Virus record (IMG/VR): IMGVR_UViG_3300025687_000001
Span: 96,862 to 160,861 of that record
Length of the DNA stretch: 64,000 nt
Strand: one strand, 5' to 3'
From: a virus
Shown here: positions 50,060 through 59,633 of the stretch, one piece after another
How positions within the stretch are numbered: the first letter of the stretch is position 1
How the letters are laid out: each line of letters opens with the position of its first letter
The notes under the pieces: generated by a model
What the model saw: only the letters and a program-made list of their open reading frames with translations
What the model was told of the DNA's origin: nothing
Database searches by the model: none
Position numbers and translations under genes: made by a program

Positions 50060-51676
50060 CTAGGTTGCTAAAGCTACAGACAAGGAAGCAATGGGAGTCA
50101 CAAGCCCCGACAGCGAAGGCGTGAAGGGCACAGCGGGAGTCCCGGTAGGCCCAGCGCTAGAGGGGTGCGTATGCGCGTCTAGTAGCAGGTGTAGCTGGTT
50201 GAGGTACGCCAGCAGCATGTTGTACTTGCACGCAGGGTCGCCGGGGCCTGTGGGGATTAGGCCTCCCGGAACTCCACCCAAGAGGACTCGAGGTGCGTTG
50301 AGTACGATGCCAAACGTGGCAGCCTTGCCTAGAGTAGACGGTACCCCCGTAACCGCGTTAACGACGAAGGAGCCGGCCTGGTTGATGGTGGCGAGTACAT
50401 CGCCCGTGTGCACGTCCAGTTTGATCGAGGGGTAGGAGGCGGGGTAACCGAGAGATCCCACAGCCGAAGTAGGGTTTCCCACATCGAGCTCGAAGTTTCC
50501 ATTGACTACCTCGATTTTCTTGCCTCGGACCTGGCCGGGGGTGGGGGTTACGTCTTTCTCTACGCGATACCCAGAGACGGTCTCGGTGCTGGTATGCGAC
50601 GCGGTAACGCTGAAGTCACCGGTAGAGATGCTGTGCTTAGTGCCGGACTGGTCTTGGATGCCCGAGCCAGCGGACCGGCTAACCGTAGTGGCCTTACGCG
50701 CGTAGGCCCCGCCGATTTCTTTAGTATCGTTGCCCCGGATGATTTCGTTGGCTTCCTGGCGGCTACGAGCTCCTGCAGTAGCCTTGGCTTTCTCGCGTTC
50801 GCTGATGGTGCGCCCCTCTATCTGGATGTCTCCAGCCGGCGACACGTTTAGCCCAGCAATGACGTTCTTTCCGGCGTCCAAGAAGCGCAAGTAGAACAGC
50901 GAGCCTGCCTCGCCCAGACCACACTCAATGTCCCAGTTTTCTCGAGTAGGGTGGGCTTCTCGGACGTTGGTAGCGCCTCTGAAACTCATCGAGGCCTTGC
51001 CGTTGTCCGACACTATCCGGAACTCACCCATGTCGGTGAAGAGCTCAAAGTTGCGAGCTACTACGCGGATGAGGTCCCCGAGCTTGAAACCCAGAATCTG
51101 AGCTAGGTCGCTAGCTCTGAAGATGTTGACTCCACCCTCGAAGACTCCGAGACCATTGCCGTCCCCAGCCTGTAGGAGCCAATCTCCGGGCCCGGCGTCC
51201 CGGCCCTGCCCCTCCGAGTAGTCAGCGCCCCCAGTACGTGAGAAAAGCGGGTCCTGCGCGCCTCCCAGGTCTTCGCGGGCTAGGGGCACTGCGGTAGTCT
51301 TGGCCACGTCGCCTACTGTAGTAGGAGTGCTAGACTCCCCGGACCCCGCTTGACGAGCTGCTCCTTCCCCCAGGTACCCGACAACGAAAGGAGATTCGCC
51401 GTCGATGCGAGAGGTGACCGCCACTGCTCCTGGTTTGGGGAGGTGGATTTGGCCCCCACGCAGGTCGGGGTCTAGAGCGGAGCGCATGATGGGAATAGAG
51501 TCTTTGACCGCACCGGACCCCAGGTACTGCAGGGTACAGGTGTGTGTTGCTGGGTCTACGGCTATTACGGTGGCCTTAGCGAAGCCTACAGGGTGCTCAA
51601 AGGTATCATCCGTAGACGGGACGGACGCTCTAGGCTGGTAGGTGCCTACTAAGGGCTTAGCGGGTCGGCGCTGCAT
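50060..51676 (-). CDS. Baseplate central spike (gp5/gpV/VgrG-like)
   Basis: N-terminal OB-like ATVIAVDPATHTCTL...LPKPGA, beta-rich body, C-terminal HTH (HxH) metal-apex motif DAHTHPSSAGPTGTP. Confidence 0.75.
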   Translation of the reverse strand: MQRRPAKPLVGTYQPRASVPSTDDTFEHPVGFAKATVIAVDPATHTCTLQYLGSGAVKDSIPIMRSALDPDLRGGQIHLPKPGAVAVTSRIDGESPFVVGYLGEGAARQAGSGESSTPTTVGDVAKTTAVPLAREDLGGAQDPLFSRTGGADYSEGQGRDAGPGDWLLQAGDGNGLGVFEGGVNIFRASDLAQILGFKLGDLIRVVARNFELFTDMGEFRIVSDNGKASMSFRGATNVREAHPTRENWDIECGLGEAGSLFYLRFLDAGKNVIAGLNVSPAGDIQIEGRTISEREKAKATAGARSRQEANEIIRGNDTKEIGGAYARKATTVSRSAGSGIQDQSGTKHSISTGDFSVTASHTSTETVSGYRVEKDVTPTPGQVRGKKIEVVNGNFELDVGNPTSAVGSLGYPASYPSIKLDVHTGDVLATINQAGSFVVNAVTGVPSTLGKAATFGIVLNAPRVLLGGVPGGLIPTGPGDPACKYNMLLAYLNQLHLLLDAHTHPSSAGPTGTPAVPFTPSLSGLVTPIASLSVALAT

Positions 51677-51710
51677 GACGAAATACTACATGATTCAGGT
51701 ATAAGGAAGT

Positions 51711-52997
51711 ATGCCAATCAACGATGACGAGCTGGTCAGGTCGACCAGACGTCGATACAATAAGCTTGTTTTGGAGTTATCGGCCCTGGAAGGGCCGTAC
51801 TCCGTGCTGATCTCGCGCCGAGAGGCGCTCAACGCCGAGATATCGGCGGCTGAGGCCAAACTCGAGCAGGTACGCACGCAGATTCGCGCACTGCATGACG
51901 TCATGGCCTCGTTTGGCGAGGAGGAGTTGCCTCCGCCTCCTGCTCGCACCGTCCAGGAAGTCGCTGCTCCCGAGCCACCACCAAGCTCGGCCGCGGAGAA
52001 TCCTTGGGCGTCGTTTGTGGTGCCAACGGTTTCTACGTTGGTGCCTCAGGCTCCGCCGCAGCCCGTCCCTGCCAGGCTCAAGAAGCCCGCTGCGCCGGTA
52101 GTTCCTCGCGCTACTCCAATTGCACCCGAGGAGTGGCCTACGCAGGCGTCTCAGGAGCCGCAGGAGTCCCCGGAGCCCAAGGCTACGCCAGCAGCGGGGG
52201 CGTGTCCCCGGTGCCACGAAGCCACCGGGCTCTCCAAGAAGGCTACGCGGCGTGAGCTGCGCAAGTTCTGTCGGTCGTGCGTCAACGCGGCGGACACGTT
52301 CCTGCGGCGTAACAAGCTGCCTGCTTTCTTGGCGGGGCAGTACCTCCTGGAGGTACCTTCGCAGAAGGTTGAGCGGGCTAGCCTCGTGCGCGAGCTGGGC
52401 GTAGCGTTCCTCCAGCGGCTCGATGTCATGCCGCTGATAAGCACCCGGGAGACCTACACGGGCCACGTACCGCCGCTTCGTACGAAGAAGGGGGAGCCGG
52501 AGAAGCCAGCAGCGCCTTCAACCCCACCCGCCCGGCAGCGCAAGAGCCCGCACCCCGATGACATCCGGGCCGCGGCAGCTCTAGTGGCTGAAGGCTCGAC
52601 GTGGGAAGAGGTAGCGAAGTTCCTGGGGATCTCCGTGCTGGCGCTGCAGGAATATGTGGCGGAGCTGGAGAAGATAGTTCCTCCGGAGGAGCCGCTGGTC
52701 GTTCCGGAAGTTCTGGAAGCCGAAGCGGAAGTTCCGGCCCCGGCGGAGAGCGCTAAGCTCAATTACACCGAGCTGGTGTTGCAGTACATGCGAAACCACC
52801 CGAGGGCCAGCTACATGGCGGCGGACGTGGCTAACCGCGTGCTGCCGGGCAAGGTCAACCGGAAGGAGATCAGCACCGTCCGGAAGATCCTCGAGGACAT
52901 GGTTCACTCCGGTGTGCTACACCGTAACAGCAACAGCGGCGGGCGCGGCGTGACCTACACCATCCGCCTTCCGCCCTCGAACCGAAAGGCGGGTTGA
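51711..52997 (+). CDS. Putative DNA-binding regulator: coiled coil, Zn finger, HTH and winged-HTH
   Basis: CPRC...FCRSC; TWEEVAKFLGISVLALQEY; VRKILEDMVHSGVLHR...GRGVTY; ggtataag upstream. Confidence 0.6.
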   Translation: MPINDDELVRSTRRRYNKLVLELSALEGPYSVLISRREALNAEISAAEAKLEQVRTQIRALHDVMASFGEEELPPPPARTVQEVAAPEPPPSSAAENPWASFVVPTVSTLVPQAPPQPVPARLKKPAAPVVPRATPIAPEEWPTQASQEPQESPEPKATPAAGACPRCHEATGLSKKATRRELRKFCRSCVNAADTFLRRNKLPAFLAGQYLLEVPSQKVERASLVRELGVAFLQRLDVMPLISTRETYTGHVPPLRTKKGEPEKPAAPSTPPARQRKSPHPDDIRAAAALVAEGSTWEEVAKFLGISVLALQEYVAELEKIVPPEEPLVVPEVLEAEAEVPAPAESAKLNYTELVLQYMRNHPRASYMAADVANRVLPGKVNRKEISTVRKILEDMVHSGVLHRNSNSGGRGVTYTIRLPPSNRKAG

Positions 52998-53206
52998 TGC
53001 CCCGGTTTGCTGTAACGGTGAAGCGCACCTTCGTACGCGAGTACGAGTTCGCCGTAGACGCTGCTGACCAGGCGGACGCCGAGGCCCAGGTCTCTCAAGC
53101 CATGCAGCTGCTGGAACAAACCAGCCGCTGCGACTCCTTCGTAGAAGAGGAGTGGGCGGTAGGGGAGACCCGGGTCCTGCGGGCGGTAACGAGCAGCGAA
53201 GAGTGA
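52994..53206 (+). CDS. Small hypothetical protein
   Basis: Coupled to the previous gene; F(A)VDAADQADAE motif. Confidence 0.55.
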   Translation: MMPRFAVTVKRTFVREYEFAVDAADQADAEAQVSQAMQLLEQTSRCDSFVEEEWAVGETRVLRAVTSSEE

Positions 53207-53310
53207 GGTTCTCAACACCCAGGCAGCGCAAGCGACCCCCGTTCGGGGGTAACGCTGATGCTCCGCCCGACCCGTGCAGTATGGGCGCTGTCTGGGTGTT
53301 GTTTTTTAGG

Positions 53311-53685
53311 TTAGCGAGTCAGTTTCTGCCAGGCGCTGTCACCTTCACGCGAGATGGCGGAGCCCTTGGCGGCGCCGTAAGTGCCCCCCAGGCCAGCACC
53401 TAGCAGACCGGCCAGCATTGCGCCTCTCCCCCCTCCAGCGAGGCCTCCCAGCGCTCCCGCCCCCAAGCCGCCTGCGGCCCCTCCCAAGAGACCGCCGCCC
53501 GTCATATGCCCCCACCGGCTCAAGCCTCGACCCTCAGGAGCATTAAACGCTGCGAGCAGAGGCCCGCCTAACAGCGCGTTCCCTACGTCCGTGGAATCAA
53601 TGTCGGCAGCCGCCTTAACAACCCCAGCATCAATCAGCGCCTGCTGCGCGCCAACGTCGTATGCCTGCTTAAGAAACGGGTTCAT
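53311..53685 (-). CDS. Leader-family glycine-zipper protein 1
   Basis: MNPFLKQAYDVGAQQALIDAGVVKAA then GxxxG-rich hydrophobic helices. Confidence 0.75.
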   Translation of the reverse strand: MNPFLKQAYDVGAQQALIDAGVVKAAADIDSTDVGNALLGGPLLAAFNAPEGRGLSRWGHMTGGGLLGGAAGGLGAGALGGLAGGGRGAMLAGLLGAGLGGTYGAAKGSAISREGDSAWQKLTR

Positions 53686-53698
53686 TTTAGCTCCTAAA

Positions 53699-53761
53699 CT
53701 ACAGATTTTCTTCTTTGACTAACGAGTCAGTGTCGTATGCCTGCTTAAGAAACGGGTTCAT
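53699..53761 (-). pseudogene. Deletion remnant of a duplicated leader-family gene (20 aa)
   Basis: 53732-53770 is identical to 53656-53694 (39 bp incl. RBS and start); encodes MNPFLKQAYDTDSLVKEENL. Confidence 0.7.
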
Positions 53762-53772
53762 TTTAGCTCCAG

Positions 53773-54450
53773 TTAGAAACCAATTGCATCGTCGATGGCG
53801 TCCGAGCCCTGGTGGCCGTCCTGCTTAGCGCCGGGGTCCCACGGGAGAAGCCTATCACACATGCCGGAGACGTTCTCCATGATCATGTTCTGCCCGGCGT
53901 TAAGCCCAACAGTCCACTGGTTCATGCAGCACAGCTCTAGGTAAAATCCCCCCAAAGTGTTGTGGCTCTTGTCGCGGAAAGCGATAGCCATCCCGAAGGG
54001 GATGAGCAGAAGCTCCGAGTCAAGGTTAACGAAGTAATCTGTTTGCTTTCCGCGAGGGTGAATGGGCTCATCGAAAGTATCCGGGTCTACCCCGGCTTCG
54101 ATAGCATTACGGTACAGAGCCTTCACCATGTTACGGCCCTTAACGAAGAGCCGCCCCATCTGCCAGGTTAGCGAGCTTTTACCCGATAGGAAAAAGCTGC
54201 GCCCCGACCCGATGGTCTGCACAGGCACGGTAGGCTTAGCCTGCGCCACCTGGAACGCTTGCATCATGCCCACGGCGTACAGCTTGCGCCCCGCAACGTT
54301 GTCGTTGCGCAGCTTCATGCGCGGAGGACCAATCATGACGAGAGTGTCATCCGGGTGCGCGGCTGTGTAGGCCGCGTTGTCCATGATACGCTCTACGTAC
54401 TGGTCCTGGTAGAGCCACGAGTTGAGGTCCTCGGTTACCTTATCAGCCAC
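53773..54450 (-). CDS. Probable tail tube protein
   Basis: 225 aa, downstream of the sheath; beta-rich AVGMMQAF...QTIGSGRSFFLSGK...LELC...IMENVS. Confidence 0.65.
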   Translation of the reverse strand: MADKVTEDLNSWLYQDQYVERIMDNAAYTAAHPDDTLVMIGPPRMKLRNDNVAGRKLYAVGMMQAFQVAQAKPTVPVQTIGSGRSFFLSGKSSLTWQMGRLFVKGRNMVKALYRNAIEAGVDPDTFDEPIHPRGKQTDYFVNLDSELLLIPFGMAIAFRDKSHNTLGGFYLELCCMNQWTVGLNAGQNMIMENVSGMCDRLLPWDPGAKQDGHQGSDAIDDAIGF

Positions 54451-54931
54451 GGTTGTCCTCCGGGTTCATTTCCTTGAGACGCTGGCGGTACCAGTGGGTC
54501 CCGTAGCCGCTGCCTCCAAGGCTACCTAGGATTGCGGGAAGCGCAATCATCTTTGCTCTAGTGTCGTCGCTCAGGTCTGCGCCGAGAGCGTTAGCGAGGG
54601 CGCCTGCGCCCCAGCCTCCAAAAGCGCCTCCGAGGGCTCCTAGCGCTCCACCGCCGATACCCGCACCGGTACCTCCGACAGCGTGCATGATGCGGTCATT
54701 GGGCGCCGTAGCCCCGCTAACGATGCCTCCAGCAAGGGGGCTCAGCAGAGCGCTGGCGGCCGGAGCAGCGTAATCGCCTGCGGTGACCAGCGCGTTTTGC
54801 CCTTTGGGCTTAGCCTTGGGCTTGGACTCAGACTTAGGCTTCTTTTTAGCCTCGTCGTCGGACTTTGCCGCGAACTTCTGGAAGTCCTCCAGCGCCTGCC
54901 GGGCCCCTAACTGGTAAGCAACGTGAAGCAT
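54443..54931 (-). CDS. Leader-family glycine-zipper protein 2
   Basis: MLHVAYQLGARQALEDFQKFAA then Gly-rich hydrophobic helices. Confidence 0.7.
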   Translation of the reverse strand: MLHVAYQLGARQALEDFQKFAAKSDDEAKKKPKSESKPKAKPKGQNALVTAGDYAAPAASALLSPLAGGIVSGATAPNDRIMHAVGGTGAGIGGGALGALGGAFGGWGAGALANALGADLSDDTRAKMIALPAILGSLGGSGYGTHWYRQRLKEMNPEDNRG

Positions 54932-57294
54932 TACTGCGACACCAGGTGCACAATGAGTTTGTTGAGTACCTTGGGCAGCGTTACCTCAACATAGGTCTCC
55001 ATGGCGGAGCTGTCCGCAGCGGAGGCGCCGATGCTGCTGATCTTGCCGCTAAGCAGCGGCGACCCGATCTTCGGACGGAAGTCGGTTCGCAGGCTCTCGA
55101 TGGCGGAGTTGATGGTGTCGCTGACCGAGTTGACAGCCTCAGGGATGAAGTTCCACACACCAACGAACGGCTCCAGCCGGCCTTTCATGACCAGGGAGAC
55201 GTAATCGAAGTTGCGAACCACGCTGAGCTCTGCATACTCCTGAACGCCAGGGTTGTCGATCTGGCCCGTGGTGACCTGGTGCACAACGTAAGGCAGGCCA
55301 GCAACGCTGTCCTGGACAAAGACGTAGTACCCGCCGTCACCGAGAGCATCGATCTCGTCGTCCGAGAAGTGCAGGTTGGTGTCGAAGACCTGCTCGACGC
55401 CAGCAATGCCAATCTGGTTGAAGGGCTGATGCGGCGCCAGCGAGGCGTTCATGCCCCCCACAGCAGCCGCCAGGTAGTACGCCGGGAGCCCGGTAGTGCC
55501 GAGCACCTTGCAGCTACCCGCGTACACCATGGTGAGGCGCTTGCTGCCAGCGCTAGCAATGCGAGCAAGGAGCTCGTCCTTTTGCTGGGTTGTGCTGGAG
55601 CTAATGCTGCGCTGGACGGTGTAGGTAAGGCTGTTAGCGGTCTCAGCAACCTCGCCCCCACCAACGTCGGTGATGGTGAGCGCGTTCTCGTTGACTACAG
55701 CGGAAACAACGTAGGTCTCGCCGCCAGTGACAACAAGGGTGTCTCCTACGACCACGCCATCAGTAACAAACTGCGCGTTGAGATCAGAGAAGGTCCCTGG
55801 GTTCCCAGCGACCACCGATCCAGTATCCGTCTCCGCCCCCAGCACCGGGCCAACATATTTGAAGCTAGGCAGCCCAGCACTGGCACCGATGACGTGGCGG
55901 AAGTTGCCCTTCTCAGGAGCCGACTGCGCAACCGCGGCATTCTTAAAAGGAGCAATGACGTTAGCCAAATCCGTGCTCAGGGGCACTATGCAGTAGATGC
56001 TCTTGTTGGCGTTGATCTTCGACCGAGCAGCGGTGTACCCGGCAGTGTCGTCGCTGGCGATGGCCAGGCACTGCAGGTTGGTAGCGCCAGCGTTGCTAAG
56101 CGCCACGTACATGGCCAGGCCGAGAGGGTTCTTGTGGTGAACCTTCCCGATGTCAGCGAACTCGTTGTTCGAGGGGATGCTCGAGTGCGTGATGAAGTCG
56201 GCCAGATTGTTGATAAGGCCCCGGGCCTCGACCTGAACCGTGGCGCGGGTGACTACGGCTGTGCCCTCAGGGACGGCCATGGAAATCTGGTTGTTACCGC
56301 CACCTCCGAGGACAATATTGGTGTCGTCGAAGGCCACCTCTCCGGCAGGGACGGCCCAGCCGGGTGCGTTGCCGTTGGTGCTGGCCGCGAGGGAACGCTC
56401 GATGTAGCAGGAGGCCCGGCTGCCTGCGTCGTTGCTGGTCTTGAAGCGAAGATTTGCAGCCACAACCAGCTCTGTTTGGCTAGAAACAGACTGGACCGCC
56501 ACTGCGACCGGGACGTGCTTCAGAAGACTCGCCCTCTGATCCACGACGGCGAGAGCGCCGATGGTGTACCCGAACCGGGAATCCCCGCCACCAGAGTCCG
56601 CGTTCAGCTCCGCCCCCGCCAGAGTGTCAAAAACACCTCCAGCGCCGTCTGCGTCTGCCAGCAGGAGGCGGTTGTCATCGATTACCTGAAGCACCGTAAA
56701 GGCCCCGGCACCGACAGCATCAAGAACCGTAGAGTCGTTCTGCGTATTGTTGAACGTAACGACGTCCCCCACGGACACATCCGTCAGGAACGCGGCGGAC
56801 GCGTCTAGGTCCACCAGTACCTGAGGCATGTTGGACTGGATTACAACCTTGTCCCCGATCTTAACACCCCCTGCGGGGCTAGTGCTGGAGAGGTCGGCCG
56901 CTGCGAAAGTCAGCGTGTGCGCGTCCGCGCCAATGGTAACGTCATTGGCAGCGATGTCATTCTTTACTAGGTAGTAAACGGCCTCGAGGAACGCAGCCGG
57001 AGGGTGGTCCCCCGCAGTGTCGATATCGTGCTCAGCCCCAAACCCAAACGCAGACCACGCAATCGTGCTCGCCGGGCCATCCGGGTCAGGCCATGCTCCG
57101 GCGGTAATGGTGAACGAGTTATCCCCCCACCCTCCGGAACCATTAGGAGCGTAAGCAACGCCCGCCCCGCGGTTCTCGGGATACTCGACCACCTTGTAAG
57201 CGGGGCCCACGATGCACGTAGACAGGTCGGGGTTTGCCGGAGTCAGAATGACGTTGGCAACTTCCTGTCGGATTTCAACTAAAGGACGCGGCAT
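54931..57294 (-). CDS. Contractile tail sheath protein
   Basis: MPRPLVEIRQ...TCIVGPAY N-terminus; YYLAAAVGG, HQPFNQ, FSDDEIDAL..GGYYVFVQ, ELSVVRNFDY, YVEVTLPKVLNKLIVHL C-terminus. Confidence 0.88.
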   Translation of the reverse strand: MPRPLVEIRQEVANVILTPANPDLSTCIVGPAYKVVEYPENRGAGVAYAPNGSGGWGDNSFTITAGAWPDPDGPASTIAWSAFGFGAEHDIDTAGDHPPAAFLEAVYYLVKNDIAANDVTIGADAHTLTFAAADLSSTSPAGGVKIGDKVVIQSNMPQVLVDLDASAAFLTDVSVGDVVTFNNTQNDSTVLDAVGAGAFTVLQVIDDNRLLLADADGAGGVFDTLAGAELNADSGGGDSRFGYTIGALAVVDQRASLLKHVPVAVAVQSVSSQTELVVAANLRFKTSNDAGSRASCYIERSLAASTNGNAPGWAVPAGEVAFDDTNIVLGGGGNNQISMAVPEGTAVVTRATVQVEARGLINNLADFITHSSIPSNNEFADIGKVHHKNPLGLAMYVALSNAGATNLQCLAIASDDTAGYTAARSKINANKSIYCIVPLSTDLANVIAPFKNAAVAQSAPEKGNFRHVIGASAGLPSFKYVGPVLGAETDTGSVVAGNPGTFSDLNAQFVTDGVVVGDTLVVTGGETYVVSAVVNENALTITDVGGGEVAETANSLTYTVQRSISSSTTQQKDELLARIASAGSKRLTMVYAGSCKVLGTTGLPAYYLAAAVGGMNASLAPHQPFNQIGIAGVEQVFDTNLHFSDDEIDALGDGGYYVFVQDSVAGLPYVVHQVTTGQIDNPGVQEYAELSVVRNFDYVSLVMKGRLEPFVGVWNFIPEAVNSVSDTINSAIESLRTDFRPKIGSPLLSGKISSIGASAADSSAMETYVEVTLPKVLNKLIVHLVSQ

Positions 57295-57373
57295 GAGTAG
57301 ACTCCGCTAGGTAAACGGTCTTCGTCAGTGAAATTATAGGGGGGCTCTGTAGCCCAGCAACCCCGCGAGATAA

Positions 57374-58021
57374 CTACTCCCCCAAATCCACTCTAGCCAG
57401 GCTATCAAACGCCAGCTGGTGGTAATCAACGTTGTTGGAGTGGGTGATACGAGTGTCGAGGCTTTGGATCTTCCGGGCTACCGGGCGCTCCGCCCACTTG
57501 ACGTCGAACGAGATCTCCGAAGTTACGCGCGTAGAGTAGAGCCGGTTGTCCTTCTCCCAGACCGTGGTGGGCCCCAGCGTAATCGGCGTATTGTCGCGGA
57601 TGTTGTAAACGCGGAGGATCTCGTTGGAGCTCATCAGCAGGAAGCCCTGCACAATGTCACCCAGGACAGCGCTCTCTCCTCGGTTGCTCGAGACGCAGTC
57701 CACCAGGATTTGCCCGTTACCTACGCAGTAGTACCCCTTGAGACCCGTGTGGTTCTGCTGGCCCGCAAAGTCACCCACCGTGACCTGGGGAAAGATGATG
57801 GCAGCGCGGTCTACGTAAAGAGCCGGACGAGCGTCGTTTTTCTTTAGCTCATCGCCCGCGCCAGCTTCGATGTAGATGCGAGAGAGGTGGTCCTCCTCGT
57901 TGTAGAACCACTGAAAGGTCTCTCCAGGCGAAGAGAACCGCTCACGCAGCGTAGCTAGGTAAACCCCGATGATGTGGAGAGGGGATTTGACGAGGACGTA
58001 TGGGTGTTCGGTGGCGGGCAC
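57374..58021 (-). CDS. Probable tail terminator/completion protein
   Basis: Position between neck and sheath; PALYVDR, VDCVSSNRGES. Confidence 0.55.
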   Translation of the reverse strand: MPATEHPYVLVKSPLHIIGVYLATLRERFSSPGETFQWFYNEEDHLSRIYIEAGAGDELKKNDARPALYVDRAAIIFPQVTVGDFAGQQNHTGLKGYYCVGNGQILVDCVSSNRGESAVLGDIVQGFLLMSSNEILRVYNIRDNTPITLGPTTVWEKDNRLYSTRVTSEISFDVKWAERPVARKIQSLDTRITHSNNVDYHQLAFDSLARVDLGE

Positions 58022-58024
58022 AGG

Positions 58025-58384
58025 CTACTCCCGCATGGCTTTCTCTGTAACGGCACCTGTTAGGGCGCCGCCGAGAATGCCTCCTCCTAGCACCGGCAGA
58101 CCAACAAGCTCGAACATATCAGAGTCCGGCATCCGCTTAGCCCACCGACCCAGGGCCAAGGCGGTAGCAGCGCCCCCTAGGCCTGCGCCTATAGTTGTCC
58201 CGGCCGGGTACGGTGTGTCGCTGTCCTTCTTGTAACTGGCGTAGCCCATAAGCCCGGCCCCAGAGCCCCCTCCGAGGAGAGCGGCAACCAGGTTGGGGTT
58301 GTCCCCCACCCAGGACCGGAACCCTGCTTCCTTAACCGCCAGCTCTACGCCCGCCTCGTAGGCCCGTTTGAGGAAGTAGTTCAT
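58025..58384 (-). CDS. Leader-family glycine-zipper protein 3
   Basis: MNYFLKRAYEAGVELAVKEAG + three Gly-rich helices. Confidence 0.75.
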   Translation of the reverse strand: MNYFLKRAYEAGVELAVKEAGFRSWVGDNPNLVAALLGGGSGAGLMGYASYKKDSDTPYPAGTTIGAGLGGAATALALGRWAKRMPDSDMFELVGLPVLGGGILGGALTGAVTEKAMRE

Positions 58385-59172
58385 TCGGTCAAATCCAGTT
58401 CAACAGCGTAAGCAGCGTCAGCGCGGCTTAGCTCGCTGATCTGCAAATCTTGGTGCACCGTGATCCTGCTGGACTCGGTGGGGATTTTTTGCCTGACGAT
58501 GAAGCGCCGGTTAGTGCGCATCTCCACCAGGACGTCTTCGGGCTCCATCAAAGGATAGTCCAACATGGTAGCACTGAACATAGCACTATCAGTGAGACCA
58601 GTGTTGTCAGCGCGCTGGCTGACTACTGCGGGGTCTAGCTTAGCCCAGATAGTGACGGGGTCGTGGTAGCCGCCGTCGAAGCTGGTGCCGTAGCACTTCC
58701 CACAAGAGCTGAGTACTACGTCTTTAGTGCGGGGGTTGTAGCAGACCGAGCAGCGAGTACCGAACCGCTTGCGCTTGAGAGCTACCAGCTTTACGCCATT
58801 GAGCTTGCGTAACTGGATGTCCAGGTCTCTGCGAGCTTTGCGACCAATACGGCCACGCCACTTGTCTTCCTGGTGAAAGACTGTTTGCGGCGCTGACGCT
58901 GCTGCGTTGTCTGGCCCTGTCTCGGGGATGGCCTGGACAATGTACCAGGCCCGGTTGGTAAGGTTGAGCTGCGGGACGGGCTGGTCCATGTAGAAGAAGT
59001 TGTTGTCGCGAACCTCTTCTTCGGAGACCTGCTCGAAGGGGCCGGTAGGAGACCCGGACCTAAAAATCTTGAAGGTGTAGGGTGTGTTGTCGGGGTTCTC
59101 CATCGTCCACTGGATGAAGACCTCGTGGGGGTAGACGGGCAGTACGCGCGTAATGGTGATTTTGGCGGCCAT
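58381..59172 (-). CDS. Probable neck/head-closure protein (FN3-like + Zn-binding)
   Basis: IQWT...KIFRSGSP..PF; RCSVCY...CGKCYGTSFDGGY; PLMEPEDVLVE..NRRFIV. Confidence 0.6.
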   Translation of the reverse strand: MAAKITITRVLPVYPHEVFIQWTMENPDNTPYTFKIFRSGSPTGPFEQVSEEEVRDNNFFYMDQPVPQLNLTNRAWYIVQAIPETGPDNAAASAPQTVFHQEDKWRGRIGRKARRDLDIQLRKLNGVKLVALKRKRFGTRCSVCYNPRTKDVVLSSCGKCYGTSFDGGYHDPVTIWAKLDPAVVSQRADNTGLTDSAMFSATMLDYPLMEPEDVLVEMRTNRRFIVRQKIPTESSRITVHQDLQISELSRADAAYAVELDLTE

Positions 59173-59597
59173 CAGTCCTCAGTAAGTAGCTTACCTATCC
59201 CCCACCCAGCCCCCGCTCCGGCCCCCAGACCTAGGAGGCCAAGCAGAGATCTGGGTCTTCCTATGTACCTGCCGTGATTCACATCGCGGAAGGCTTCCCC
59301 ACCCTGCACGGATTTACGTAGGTAATGTTGTATTTTGGCGTCATTCGGGTCTATGTCACCCTTAGTTAAGGGCTCTTGTATCCAATTTTCGTACGCCCGG
59401 TCTAGGTTAGAAGCGCCCAGGGACGCTCCTGCCATAGCTGCGGGTACCCCCACCATTGGGGCCCCGATTAATGCTCCTAAGTACGCATCTTTATTATCCT
59501 CATCCATACCCCGGGAGACGTGGCTTAGCATACCCGCCTCCTTAACCGCCAACTCAACCCCAGCAGCGTAGGCCTGCTTCAGGAACTCACTGTTCAC
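59172..59597 (-). CDS. Leader-family glycine-rich protein 4
   Basis: MNSEFLKQAYAAGVELAVKEAG + Gly-rich helices. Confidence 0.75.
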   Translation of the reverse strand: MNSEFLKQAYAAGVELAVKEAGMLSHVSRGMDEDNKDAYLGALIGAPMVGVPAAMAGASLGASNLDRAYENWIQEPLTKGDIDPNDAKIQHYLRKSVQGGEAFRDVNHGRYIGRPRSLLGLLGLGAGAGAGWGIGKLLTED

Positions 59598-59633
59598 GGT
59601 TCGCTCCTAGTGCTGGTAAAGCAATAGCTGGCA

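Noticed and set aside
54865-56808. 647-aa plus-strand ORF
   Set aside because: Antisense shadow of the tail sheath gene; no motifs.
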